Below, piece by piece: positions 41,107-54,069 of a stretch of 64,000 nt of DNA (within the stretch, counting starts at the first letter, position 1; each line of letters starts with the position of its first letter). The notes beneath the pieces were generated by a model. That model saw only the letters and a program-made list of their open reading frames with translations. It did no database searches and was not told the DNA's origin. The position numbers and the translations under genes are program-made. This stretch comes from Eledone cirrhosa. Taxonomy: Eukaryota. The DNA lies in the NCBI GenBank assembly GCA_964016885.1, contig OZ024740.1, positions 350,052,001 to 350,116,000 of the forward strand, written 5' to 3'.

Positions 41107-41989
41107 ATCTGAACAGGTGATTATTTAATCATTTTTTAATTTATTTAGAAAATTGTTTAATAACCGTTTGTTTCGCTACTTATATATATATATATGTATA
41201 TATATACGGGGTAACAAATAATAGTTAAATGCAGTCCACTTAGGTGAAGTCCAGTTATGGTATTCCAGGTAGTGGATGATATTAACGCTTGGCTTGGTTT
41301 GTCTCAACAAGGCGTTTTCATAGTGATGCTGCGGGTATGCCGTAATACCTATGTTGTAAACACTTGGAGTAATAATAAATCAGGAAAGAAGGTTGACATG
41401 GTTTGCTATACAAAAAAGGTTTTTAATCTCATAGCTGAGAATTGTTTCTCTGAACTGGTAGGTCTAGAGATCGCTATTCGCTTATTTTCACGTTACTCGA
41501 TCGCCAATACAAAATTATAACCAGTCAGATCTTCGGAGCATGTGAGAATGAAGAGAATACACAGGCAAGAAAAGAATATACAGGCTACTATATGAAGTAG
41601 TAATGGCATTCAATTAGAACAATAACAACAATTACAACAATGCTATTAATAAATTATTTGAGGAGACCCTGACATTATTTAGGTGGGGGGTATAATGTAT
41701 CTAACATTACGGCGTGTAAAACTAGCTGTCATGAGGCAAAAGTAAGAGTTTGGCATGCACAGAGTATCGAAGTGTGTATCAATTTTAAATTATAAAGATA
41801 AGCCAGTGTTTATAGTCTTTCTATAGTCTTTCTAGAAAGACTATAGAAAGACTATAAACATATAAATATATATATTTAAAAAAAAAAAAAGACTCCAGTT
41901 GCATTTTCGATTTCATCTCTTTTTCTTTATACTTTCACTCGTGTAGGACACCTCGGTTATTTTTCAATTTGTAATATATATATATTTGT

Positions 41990-42012
41990 TATATATATAT
42001 ATATATAAACAC

Positions 42013-42049
<37 letters not shown>

Positions 42050-42831
42050 CGTGTATATATATATATATGAACACGTTGTATATATATATATATAAACACG
42101 TTGTATATATATATATATATTTATAAACATGTTATATATATATTTATATACATATATATATATAAATATAAACACGTTATATATATGTGTATGTATATAT
42201 ATATATAAATATAAACACGTTATATATATGTGTATGCATATATATGTAATGAGAAGAAACAGTACTCACTTGTGGTCCCCCCGCCCCCCCTCCATCCTTG
42301 TAGAAATTTGTGTTGGAAAAAGAATATGTCTTAACTTTTTCATCTTGGATATTTATCCATTTCATATATATATATATATACACATATATATATAACGTGT
42401 TTATATTTATATATATATACAAACACACACACACATATATATATATACATACATACAAATATATATAACGTGTTTACATTTATATATATATGTATATATA
42501 TATATAAATATAAACACGTTATAAATATGTGTATGTATATATATATATAAATATAAACACGTTATATATATGTGTATGTATATATATATATATAAATATA
42601 AACACGTTATATATATTTGTATGTATGTATATATATATATATAGTAATAATAATAAATTTGAAGACTAACATCCAAAGACCGCTCGATAAGGATACATAT
42701 ATATCAAATATATAAGAACCGTAAGGCAAATTTTTATTAAAATAACATTAAAGTTTAAGCAAAGAATCGCTGCTTTCACCCTTAACGGGATCTTAAGCGA
42801 TTCTTTGCTTAAACTTTAATCTGTTATTTTA

Positions 42832-42917
<86 letters not shown>

Positions 42918-43011
42918 ATAAATATAAACACGTTATATATATGTATATATGTATATAAATATAAACACGTTATATATATGTATATATGTATATAAATATA
43001 AACACGTTATA

Positions 43012-43042
<31 letters not shown>

Positions 43043-43057
43043 TTATAAATATGTTAT

Positions 43058-43075
<18 letters not shown>
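41990..43075. repeat. TA-rich minisatellite with core ATAAACACGTT; also at 44085-44310
   Basis: Core recurs every ~25-45 bp, in both orientations. Confidence 0.8.
42642..42836. mobile_element. Head-to-head fragments of the 24638 family; HHR truncated inside its core
   Basis: Minus strand reads AAGA-tCCC(gttaa)GGGt-GAAA-GCA..TGC-TT-AAACT; 42797-42836 is an inverted copy. Confidence 0.7.
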
Positions 43076-43094
<19 letters not shown>

Positions 43095-43140
43095 AATAAT
43101 GGAGCTGCGGCGCTGCAAATGGGTTACATATGAAAAAGTT

Positions 43141-43246
43141 TGTCCTCATCAGTGGCCATCCAACCGTCGTAGGCATTTCGTCGCATTAAAGGCCATATAC
43201 CTCAGGTTAGTGCGAGCAACGGCTAAAAAAAAAAGTCGTTGGGACA
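43141..43246 (-). ncRNA. Second copy of the permuted hammerhead
   Basis: Reverse complement of 43939-44041; differences are G-U compatible or in the U-rich loop. Confidence 0.75.
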
Positions 43247-43938
43247 CGTAAATAAAGGGGACGCTAGGGTAAACAAACAAAATGGTTTAAGCAGCAGAAA
43301 GTAATGAAGAAGGAAACAAGTCCCAGATTTCTATGAATATAAATTCGGTGGAATCGTGAACGAGAGAATAAAGACCATCAAACCTGGTTGAAATGTGAGC
43401 AAGGAAGGAATTTCGCACAGGTCTAACGGGAGGAAGAAGGGGTCTGGTCTGCGAATTCGGTAAACATAAGTTCTGTGAAGTCGCAGACGAGAGAGAGAGA
43501 AAAACATTTCATACCGGCTTGGCCAAGTGCCCGCGAGAAAAGGATTGTGGACAGGTCAAACGGGAAGAAAGGGGAGGAGGAGAGGTAGTGACAGAGAGTG
43601 AGTGAGTGAAAGGTGAGGAAGAGGCTAACAGAGAGAGACTGCTAGAAAGGGTAAAGACACAAAGAATGAAACAGACTGGTGGCAGCGGAGAAAAAAATAT
43701 ATGTGTAAATATGATAATAATGGAGTTGCGACGCATACCAGACCCCTTCTTCCTCCCGTTAGACCTGTGCGAAATTCCTTCCTTGCTCACATTTCAACCA
43801 GGTTTGATGGTCTTTATTCTCTCGTTCACGATTCCACCGAATTTATATTCATAGAAATCTGGGACTTGTTTCCTTCTTCATCACTTTCTGCTGCTTAAAC
43901 CATTTTGTTTGTTTACCCTAGCGTCCCCTTTATTTACG

Positions 43939-44041
43939 TGTCCCAGCGACTTTTTTTAGCCGTTGCTCGCACCAACCTGAGGTATATGGCCTTTAATGCG
44001 ACGAAATGCCTACGACGGTTGGATGGCCACTGATGAGGACA
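43939..44041 (+). ncRNA. Putative non-circularly permuted hammerhead with kink-turn
   Basis: Order: GGTA-TA-TGGCC ... GAAA-TGCC ... GGCCA-CTGATGA; covariation with 60996-61097. Confidence 0.75.
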
Positions 44042-44043
44042 AA

Positions 44044-44085
<42 letters not shown>

Positions 44086-44102
44086 AATATAAACACGTTA
44101 TA

Positions 44103-44148
<46 letters not shown>

Positions 44149-44261
44149 AATATATTATATATATATATATATATATTGATATATATATAGATATAAACAC
44201 GTTATATATATATTTATAAATATGTTATATATATATATATATATATATATTTATAAATATG

Positions 44262-44299
<38 letters not shown>

Positions 44300-44307
44300 A
44301 CATTATA

Positions 44308-44368
<61 letters not shown>

Positions 44369-44728
44369 TGGATAAATATCCAAGATGAAAAAGTTAAGAC
44401 ATATTCTTTTTCTAACACACATTTCTTCAAGGATGAGGGTGGTGGGGTGGTGGAGGGTGAACCACAAGTGAATACTGTTTCTTCTCATTCTTATAGAAAC
44501 ACAAGTTAGAAGTATAACATATCTTAATATATTTATCTTGAATATTTATCCATTATTATCTGTGTGCTTAATACCTCTGCACTCATACGGCCCGTCTGTA
44601 TTGTTTACTTGAAATACGGATTATACCTGTGATGAAACGATTCGACATTTTTTGCTGATGATAGAATTACATTGAGCTTGAAACTTTGTTGACATTACTT
44701 CCTTCACTTGGACTATTACCCCTGTCAT

Positions 44729-47700
44729 ATCTATCTATCTCCACCAACATGTCTGACTTACCAGTTGGAAGCGTGAATGTACGTGGCCTAGTGATGCCCT
44801 GGAAACAGGGCAAACTTTTAAATCACCTTAGCTCACATGGTATAGATATAATAGCCATCACTGAGTCCAGGATCCACAACTAACCCCCATCTTCAATGAC
44901 TTTGAGATCTACGCATCTCTCTGTCAGCCGGGAGGTGGAGGGGGAATGACAGTCATGTTTCAGAAAAACCTGGATCTCCAAGTACAGCAAGTACACTTGG
45001 ATCCGGAGGGTAGACTGGTAGTCCTAGACGTGAACAGTATTGGAGGTGGAGCTTTCAGACTGGTGGCCGTTTATGCCCCGACCGGGCAATCACAATCGCG
45101 GCTAGACTTCTTTAAGCGTCTGGAGTCTTTTCTGGGAATGTCTCGCTCGTTGCATTTAGTGGGGGACTGGAATGGTATCCTAGATGCACGATGGGACTAT
45201 GTGGGAGCATGTCCCAGTGGAGCGGCGTGCAACAGCCTCAAAAATCTAATCGGCCAATTCCAACTGGCCGATAGATATCGACTAGATTTCTCAACTGCAC
45301 CACAGTGGACGTGGGCAAACCGCAGCGGGATATCTAGATCGTATCTAGATAGGTTTTTCATTAGAGAAAAGGACAAGATGTTAAGCTGTCCACAAATGCA
45401 CATGGTTGCCTATTCTGATCACAAACTAGTCGTCTGCATAGTCAACCGTGATAGTATACATAGACAAGGACCCGGATATTGGAAGCTGAACGTGTCATTG
45501 CAGGCACGAAAAGCCTACAGTGAACGGATAAGTAGATTAGTTAAGCAAGAGTTGACGGGAGCCATCGTCAACAATAGGCTGCGTGGTCAGAAGTAAATCA
45601 CGTGCTCTAGGAAACGAGGGAGCAAAAGCTGTTAGCTGGGCCCGAGTGGCGGAAGCGAAAAGTGGCAACAAGTCCACGATTCGTTCTTTGAAAGACCAAA
45701 ACGGATGCGTACTACTTGACCCCGGGTGCATGTGCGCGGCCTTTCAGCGGCACTTTGCGCGACTCTTTGAGCAGAACGACGGTACACCGAATGTACTTTG
45801 GTTCATACCTCGACGGCCTGCCGCGTCTCTCGAGCATGGACGCCGTGTTCTGCGAAAGACTGATCACAGCCACTGAGATACGGGACGCTCTGGGCCGCTG
45901 CGGGAAACGCAAATCCCCGGTCTAGATGGTCTACTCTATCAGTTTTATATAGGCATGCCGGACTTGTTCTCTGGCATCTTCGAAGCCGTCTACTGCAATT
46001 GGCAGCAGAACGGGACAATTCCCAGTTCTGCAGGAAGGGCGTAGTAACGCTGATCAGGAAAGACGAGAACAAGGGGGACGAAATAAACAATTTCAGGCCC
46101 ATAACTCTGCTCAACACACTGTTAAAGATTTTGGCCAAGGTGCTAGCAACGAGGCTGGTGCTTGTCGTTGAAAACCTGGTAGAGAAAGGGCAAACGTGTG
46201 CAATCCCGACCAGGTCCATACAACCTCCACCTCATGCGATACACCATAGAGAGGGTGGGGTGTAAACTCGGCTTCGGTGGAGCTCTGATCAATTTAGATT
46301 AGTCTAAGACATTCGATAGGGTCGACCATCGATACTTGGAAGCGGTTCTCAAGGCGGCCGGTTTCGGTGCCGTTTTCAGAGGCTGGATCAAGGCCATGCA
46401 CACCAGCATCTGCTCGAGGGTCAAGGTGAATGGCTACCTATCGGAGCCGTTTCCAATCACGCGTTCCATTCGACAGGGATGCCCTCTCTCCTCCATTCCG
46501 TACGTATTGACTCTAGAGCAACTACTGCGGAAGTTGGAGCTTTTGCAGGGCATCCCTTTAGAACCGGGACTGCGAAAAGCGGCGTCGGCTTATGCCGACA
46601 ACATGACGGTAATGGTGTCGAAAACCTCGGAAATCGAGGTAATCGGCAACCTTCTACAGGAATACGAAAGTTTCACAGGAGCAAAACTGAACCCGTACAA
46701 GTCTGTCGGTTTGCAACTCGGAACGTAGAGAGGCAAACCGATGCCGTCCGACAGCGTCGTCGGACGCTGGACGGAAGGACCGGTGAAATTGCTCGGGGTC
46801 TGGTTCGGTCCAAACCTCCAGATGGAGAAAAACTGGAACGAGGTCATGACCAAGGTATTTGCGCTCACCCAGAAGTGGGCAGAGTGCAAACTGTCTTTGA
46901 AAGGTCGAGCGGAGGTGGCGAACACTTTCATAGCGTCCGTCATCTACTACCGCTTGACTGTCGTGCCTTGTCCCCGTGAATACCTCACCAAGATGGAACG
47001 CATGGTCTTCCAGTTCCTGTGGAAGAATCAGGCTCCACTGGTGAGGAGATCCGTCTGTTGTCAAGACCCTTCCAACGGAAAGCAGGGCATGCCGTGGCTA
47101 ATGATGCGTAAACATGCGCTGAGGCTACGGCATCTTCAGGTATTCCTCACCGACCAACCGGTGTGGGCACCGTTTCTGAGACAGGCCTTCCCACAACTTG
47201 TCTCGCTGACGGAGCTGCAGTCTTGGGTGAAGCGAAGACCGAAGAAGATGGGCGCCTGGCACATTGAATGCACCCAGGCGCTCACAGTCCTCTGTCAAGC
47301 GGGCACAGCAACCAGTGGAGACTCCACTTCGACATTCTATAGAGGGTTAGTACTTTACAAGTGCGACGACGTGCTCGGGGAGACTTTAGGCGTCGAAGAC
47401 GACGAGCTCACCAGTCTGTTCGTTAGGACTTTCCGCCCGAGACCTATGGACAACTTCCAGAGGTCCCTGGCCTGGCAGTGCTACCGAGGAGCTCTACCAG
47501 TTCGTGACAAGATCTACAGGCACGGACGCCCCGGGAGGGATCCTTCCAAGAGGACGTGTCCAAGATGCGAGCAGGACATTGAAACCGTCTTGCACGCAAT
47601 TGTACACTACCCGGGCGTAAGCGACCTGTGGAACTATGCAGAACAACTGCTGTTGCATATGGGACAAATCCAGTTGACTGCCGAGTCCATAGTAAGGATC

Positions 47701-48210
47701 AAACCACCAGCCTCTTTCAAAAACGAAAGAGAGGCGGTTTTCCTCTGTACAGTGGCTATTGAGAAAGAAGTTATATGGCGGACGAGATTGAGAGGACTGA
47801 GGACAGATGCCTTTCTCTCCGGACAACAATTGATTCCCTTCTTTAAGTATCACTTTAGAAGAAGAATCAGAGTGGAGAGAGAGGCACTGCACCCCAGTAA
47901 ATTTACTGAAAAGTGGGTGAATGAAGCGAAAATGGCCCGAGTGATTGGGCCTTCTTTGTTTATAAACCTGTAGGTTAAATAAGAGAGCAAAAGGAAGAAG
48001 GGAGCACTTGCACAACACGCTCCTGAAGTTGAGGGTTGTTCTATCTATGGGGTATTAAACAACCCATTTGTGGCGTCTCCCTCCTATTGGGGATTTCGAT
48101 TGTTATAATTGTTTGTTTTATATTTTTTTTTACACGACTGTATGTAAAATCTCCGGCATGTGTCTTTGTATTGTCCCCTTTTCTTGTGCGCCCTTGTGGC
48201 AAATAAAGAA
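44729..48210 (+). mobile_element. Decayed L1/Tx1-clade LINE ORF2 (APE endonuclease, RT, C-terminal Zn knuckle) with 3' UTR
   Basis: SVNVRGL, IAITE, GDWN, YLDRFF, SDHKLV, GPGYWKLN, FRPITLLN, RQGCPLS, YADN, CPRC...ETVLHA; several stops and frameshifts; AATAAA at ~48202. Confidence 0.9.
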
Positions 48211-48291
48211 ATATATCTATTTATCCGTCCGTCCGTCTGTCTGTCTATCTTCTGTCTGTCTCTCTTACTCTCTTTCTCTCTCTCTCTATGT

Positions 48292-48346
48292 ATACTCTTT
48301 TACCTGTTTCAGCCATCCGGCTGAGGCCATGCTGGGGCACCGCCCT

Positions 48347-48348
<2 letters not shown>
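48292..48348 (-). mobile_element. Extreme 3' end of the CR1/L2-group LINE
   Basis: Reverse complement of ~4414-4468. Confidence 0.85.
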
Positions 48349-48381
<33 letters not shown>

Positions 48382-48564
48382 GATAAAATTTGGTGGTTCA
48401 CCACTGAGTAGAATTAGTTTTTCTCCGAAGTAAATAATGATGTAATAATATGAAAGCAGTCGACGTTATGCAACTCATCCACCTTTGATGTTGAATCAAG
48501 TTGGTGTGTTAAATTTGCTTTCATTCTCATCTTTTCTTTCTCTGTTTCTTCCTATTATGCAATA

Positions 48565-48626
48565 ATACACCTGATGATGTCACCGGGTTCATACGTAATC
48601 TGGCCACTGAAATGTGCATAGTCTTT
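48565..48626 (+). ncRNA. Degenerate hammerhead in a PLE-like fragment (48381-48680)
   Basis: CTGATGA ... GAAA-TGTGCA-TA; stems I and II imperfect. Confidence 0.45.
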
Positions 48627-49000
48627 GCAGTAATAACATCTAACGGAATAGAACCACCTGTATGGCCTCCTGTCATTTTATATATATATTCTTTTACTCG
48701 TTTATATATTTAAATATTCTTTTACTCGTTTCAGCAGTTATATCAGGGTCATACTGAATTAGTTGATCATATTGACCCTAGTACTTAATTTTCAAGCCTG
48801 GGATAACATAAACACAGACACAATCTTAAAGACTCACACAATATCGAAACCATGAGGACCTCCAGCGGTTGACTGGTAAGAGGGGCCTGTTCTGTGTTTC
48901 GTTTGTTTTTCCATTGTCTTCGCCCACCCCGCCTTTTAAATTCATTTTGTATGCTCTTAGCTACGCGGGATACTTATATATATATATATATATATATATA

Positions 49001-49197
49001 TAGGAAAAGAGTCAGGACCCCGACGGCTGAGCTCCGGCCGTTTCGACAGCTAGATCCGAACTGTTCGGATCTAGCTGTCAAAACGGCCGGAGCTCAGCCG
49101 TCGGGTGCCTGACTCTTTCCTATTACCCACTCTACTACTAAGTATCGAGTACTCTGGTGCGTAATGGTCCACCTGGTTCCTTACCACACTTTCTTTG

Positions 49198-49199
<2 letters not shown>
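49001..49199. mobile_element. Fold-back PLE-type 3' fragment with the 3' half of an HHR; near-palindrome 49001-49122
   Basis: GAAA-CGGC..GCCG-TC on the left arm (minus strand); homologous to 62447-62592. Confidence 0.7.
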
Positions 49200-49236
<37 letters not shown>

Positions 49237-49275
49237 GGAATACTGTTGGCTTCTTGCTACAATACTTTCTATACC

Positions 49276-49315
<40 letters not shown>

Positions 49316-49324
49316 GACAGACTT

Positions 49325-49452
49325 TAGCAGGTTCCGTCTACAAAATTTCACACATAATGCATTAGTCCATTAGTCAGCCCGAGGTTATAGTAGAAGAAAT
49401 TTGCCCAAGATATTATGCAGCGTTATTTAACCGAAAACCACGTCGTTGCCAT
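49325..49452 (+). mobile_element. Decayed SINE-like fragment (octopus-type)
   Basis: GTCAGCCCGAGGTTATAGTAGAAGA..TTGCCCAAG resembles abundant cephalopod SINE sequence; recognised from memory, not searched. Confidence 0.5.
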
Positions 49453-52074
49453 GCTAGATAGAACCTACCCACTATTGCAAACTGGTAAGGTATTTCTGGC
49501 CGATGTCCAGCATGATAATCTGCAGGAGGCCAATGGATGTAGCTAAAATATGGGTCGGCGAGGACTGGATTTACTACTTGCAACAAAGTTGCAAGTATCA
49601 TTTAAAGGGATTTAGGAACCGAGTAGCTGTTAAAGTAGAAAGCGTTAATATATTTCATACCATATAGCATGACTATGATTATAAAACTTCATTTTAAAGT
49701 GTTTTCTATTTATATAACAATCTTCCAACATAATTTTGTTATGAACCTTTGTTAAGTCTAATAATGAAAACCTTACTTATACTACTAAATTTCTCTAGAT
49801 TCTTGATTAATGTCAAAATGATTTCATAAAAAACACGGAAAAAAGCGTTAAAGGCATCTAAGAAACGGTTGGTAGAGTTAAAACGGGAAGGGTGTTAAGT
49901 CTATTAGTGAAAAATTAAGCTCTCAATTCAGGGTTATTTCATAGTTAAGTCTCTTTGCTATGAGCAGGACGTAGTACAAGGAAACATGTGCTCAAAATCT
50001 GAAGCCCAGGGCAATACTATGAACTGAAAACATGAAGCATAGAAACAAAATGAACTCGTTTGGAATATCTAAAGATTAACTCCCTACCTTCCAAGAAAAA
50101 AAATATTCGAAGTTCATGGAATTGCATTTGAAAAAAAAAAAATTTACAACAGCAGAAAAATAATAAATTTGTTTTTCTGTTACTTTTCTCATACACGTTT
50201 ATATATAACTGACAGAAGAAATGGTGGATATATATATATATATACACACACATATGTGAGCGTTTGTGTATATATATATATATATGTGTGCGTGCATATA
50301 CATACATTCATATATACATGCAGACAGATTGATATGCAGATAAGTATACAGATTGAGTGCATGATAGCTCCATAGATTCTTACAGAAACTGACAGAATAA
50401 TGGGAAAAGAGTTAAGCCTAGAAATGTATGTCTTTACGTACGTATGTATATATATATATATATATAGTAAAAAACAACAGATCTAATGAGACTAGTAGTG
50501 GTCTGCGTCAGCAAATATGACCGCGTGCGCGTGTATTTGTACATATTTGTGTACATTACTATTGATAGATAAATAGATAGATAGGAGTGTAGATTGGAAT
50601 TCATTAAGACTGTTCAGTTTTTTTAAACAAATAATGTAACTTCTGAATGCTAGGAATCTTATTTTATACACAGACTGCCATAAGGTGCAAGTTATAAGGA
50701 ATAATATTTATCTTATCCATAAAGTCAAGAAGGAAATGTTTAGTTTAACTCTGCTACACTTATTTAACTGGCCATTTTTGTGGGTCGCTAGAATATATGT
50801 ATTCAACGGACTTTCTTCATATAGCGTTGGTAAAAATATCACCCAGTATTAATATCCCCCCTTCTCTCTCTCTCTCTCTCTCTCAATCTCAAAGTCTCTC
50901 CACTACCCTTCTTCCTCTCTCATTGTTCTCTTTCTTTCGCCTTTTTTCTTCTTCTTTTAACATTGCAGTTAATCTGTTTCAGCCAAACTAAATATCTAGC
51001 AGTAATTGAATTATTGGTCATTACGTTCCGAGTTCAATTCTCGCTAACGTCAAGTTTGTTAATATTCTGTGACCGATAAAATAAATACATGTCTAAGATG
51101 TGTAGTCGATATAAACGATTGTTACAAATAAAGAGTTGGTTTACATATAAAAGCCTTGACATGACAAACATATCCGTGAATATCAAGTGGAATAGGGATC
51201 ATAATGAAGCGTAAATTGTTTCTTTATGTCTTAAGCAACGTTGAAACATATATTATTTTTCTGTACAAACGCTTCTCTTATATATAGAGATTATATTCGT
51301 AGTCTAAGCCTAGGTTTCTCGTTTTTCGTCTTACAAACGAGAGAACGAATGTTCAATACATGTTGTACGTCTGGTGGTCTGCCTGACGCTACTTAAAGCT
51401 TTTCCTTCGATGTGATCCTTGGACGAGAAAGTAGCTTTGTATATACATACATACGTACTCACGCGTGCGCGTGTATGCGTTAGAGAGAGAGAGAGGGGGG
51501 GGGGGGGTGCGTTTGGCTTTACAAAGAGAGAAAACATTATTCAGTGTATACAGCAAAGTTCATTGATATATATACGAGTATGTTATGAAATACATATATT
51601 ATATTTAAACAAAACACAAAATGCTTGAAGGTTTAATTTTTGTCACAAAACACTTTGATTTTAGGTGCTGATTCTGCTCATCCAGTCAGCAAACACAACT
51701 TTCAACAAACACAGAATTAATATATAGTTAACGAGTGCTGCACTAAGACGACATCTTTCTCTACAAGTAGATTTTGTTTTGTTGAGTTTTCGTCCCTTAA
51801 TATTTTGCCGGTGCTTCGTGTATTATGTCACCAATAAAAAAAGAAAGAATTGGTATATCAATTCTCCCAATATGCCTTACGATAAATATTTGGATATAGA
51901 AACCGTTATTAAATAACGGTTTTCTTGGCCCCAAATTCAAGAACGATAACTCGATAGGAAAACAAAACAAAATAAAAGGAAAGCCAAGAAAATGAGCAAG
52001 GAAAAAGTATTAAGCAACGAAAGAATAGAAGAGGAGTAAGAGACTCCACACCCCAGTTTCAGCCGTGTTTCAGC

Positions 52075-52690
52075 TGCGCCCTGTGGACAAAATAGCAGAA
52101 GTATTGTCACGGCGAATGACCAGCAACAACCGCTGCAACAGCCACCCCATCACACGGGACTCCTTTCTTATGTTTGCTGCTCTCTTTCCGATTTTACGAA
52201 GAAAGACAGCAGCCCGAGTAAGGAGACCGAGGACGCCGATATGAAAAGAAGGGGCCGGTCAAGCCCTGGTATTTATTTATCTTCATCTCCTTTGCATTGC
52301 AGGCTACAGTTCCTAGGTTTGCGGCCGAAGCGACAAAGCTGGGAATGAAGAACGACTCACAACACGTCGAGTCACAGTTTAGGGATCACCTTGTTCGAAT
52401 GGGAAGAAAGTCACCACAGTCGAGGCCAGCTGGCTCCAGTTGGGAAGCCGGCTGCATTGAGGCTCCTTCTGATGATGTATTTCAGAGCGGCATGTCGGCA
52501 TTTTAACTGCACAAATGTATTTGTGTGACTCACACACGGGGAGGGCGAGGCACTGAGACACTCTGATGCGAGTTCACTCATCATCAAGAAGGGTACCGAT
52601 TGGTGAGGATGGCACCGAACTGAACCAAGTGTCGCTGTTCGGTTGCAAGGCGGAACGGAGATAGGTGAGACGGTGTTGTCCAACGAAGCC
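52075..52690 (-). pseudogene. Decayed C-terminal restriction-like endonuclease region of a CRE-like non-LTR element
   Basis: Fragments RHAALKYIIRRSLNAAGFP, EPAGLD, FFPFEQG, WLLQRLLLVIRRDNTSAIL in shifting frames. Confidence 0.6.
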
Positions 52691-54055
52691 TTTGCTATAA
52701 AAGATTGCTCATGAGGGTTAATCTCAATAGGTTATCATCTCGTTAATATAATCTACTTTCCAAAACATCAGTCTCTTAATGAGACTGGTTAATGGGTGGA
52801 AAATAGCAAGGTATTTAGAATTAAAAACATTTCTTTTTCGTCTGGACAAAATAGTCTTTATTTCCTAGGTAGGAAAATGTGATGACGTTAAACGCATGCC
52901 TTTCCAACCCAGAAAATAAAGGCCCTTTGTGGCTAGATATTAAAAAAATCAATATGTATGCAGTGTCCGTGACTAGGCTGCAGTGACCAAGTAATTAATG
53001 ATAAAATAAACTTTTGTGTCTGGTTTTGAATAACTAAAATGAGTCTTCAACGAAGTAATTGCTTTAGATTCAGCAAACCGTCTCAGAGCAAGTAAATTGT
53101 CAAAAATGCCTTTCCTAATATATTTCAACTTAGAAGCGTGACTGGGTAATGACCATGGTTTGCCAGGAGTTTATATTTTGCTCTAAGTCAATGAAAAGAG
53201 GCTTTAGAAAATTCATTTTAATTTTCAGAACAAAAAATAACAATTTTTGCGAAGAAAGGGTGTATTTAAGTGGATCTCTTGCAGTGTATTACAGGTATTT
53301 TATATTCGGGACATGTGTAGGATACTAATGTGAATATGACACTTGCATTCATGTGGTAAACAACGAATGATGAGATTATAGTATTGAATCTGGTACATTA
53401 ACATTTCTATCAACTCACTGACCGACCTTTTGATAAAAACATTGAAATTTGAAGGACATATGTCAGCTATTTCTATCAGGTCGAGCAACTGTAGCATGTC
53501 GGAGTGTGCATTATGGTCCACAGATAAGCAAAAACATAATATATCTCTGTCTTAGCTAGTCGTTCAGTCGAGTTACCGAGTATCACAGCCCTGTTTACTA
53601 TAAACTAATATCTAGGGCTAATTCACATGTTTTAGGTTTTAATCGCTTAGTCAGAGGAAGAGAAACGACGACGCCTATAACTATTTTTCAGGAGCTCAGT
53701 GACTCTCAGGAGGAAGGGGGGTAGAGATTAACGCCAAACTGGAGGCCGGACTCGTATGCTTATAATAGAGTGGACTCTGCTAAAGACATAGTAGAGCCAG
53801 CTGGTGGTATTAAAACGGGTTGACAGTTTAAGTGAAGGGCAGTACTAATGACATTAGAGATTTGATAAAAAAAAAAGAAAAACACACAAAACCAAAAAAT
53901 ACAGGATAGGAGAATAATCCAAGAGAGCAGAGATGTAGATGGTGAAAATTAAAATAAATCTCATCATTTCTTAACATTCACTCTCTTTTTTTTCCATTGT
54001 ATTAAAGACATAAGTTAGCTAGCTATTTTTCTTTGCTTATCTTATATAACATTTA

Positions 54056-54069
54056 GTTTCCATGGCAAC
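54056..54069. promoter_or_regulatory. RFX X-box-like palindrome with nearby CCAAT (54093-54097)
   Basis: GTTTCCATGGCAAC matches GTTNCCATGGNAAC, in apparently non-repetitive sequence. Confidence 0.35.

Larger units (their letters stand above)
40545..41181. mobile_element. Head-to-head PLE-type terminal fragments forming a 260-bp-arm palindrome (40651-40910 / 40922-41181)
   Basis: Arms read as exact reverse complements with an 11-nt spacer; each carries an HHR; both ends in (TA)n. Confidence 0.9.
43089..44047. mobile_element. Non-coding 621-nt unit (minus, 43089-43733, terminally redundant) plus inverted partial copy (43737-44047)
   Basis: TGATAATAATGGAGYTGCGRCGC at 43091 and 43712; 43737-44047 is the reverse complement of ~43135-43448; flanked by (TA)n. 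Confidence 0.8.

Noticed and set aside
41470-41545. CCGAAGA...GAAA on the minus strand as a hammerhead
   Set aside because: Core mismatch and no stem III; at most a decayed remnant
41990-43075. Regularly spaced ATAAACACGTT motif as a CRISPR-like array
   Set aside because: Spacers are TA-repeat variants, the context is eukaryotic, and there are no cas genes; it is a minisatellite
44650-44700. CTGATGA...GAAA as a hammerhead
   Set aside because: I could not form a convincing stem I or stem III
53300-53521. 73-aa ORF as a host exon
   Set aside because: Non-ATG start, no recognisable motif, and weak splice signals
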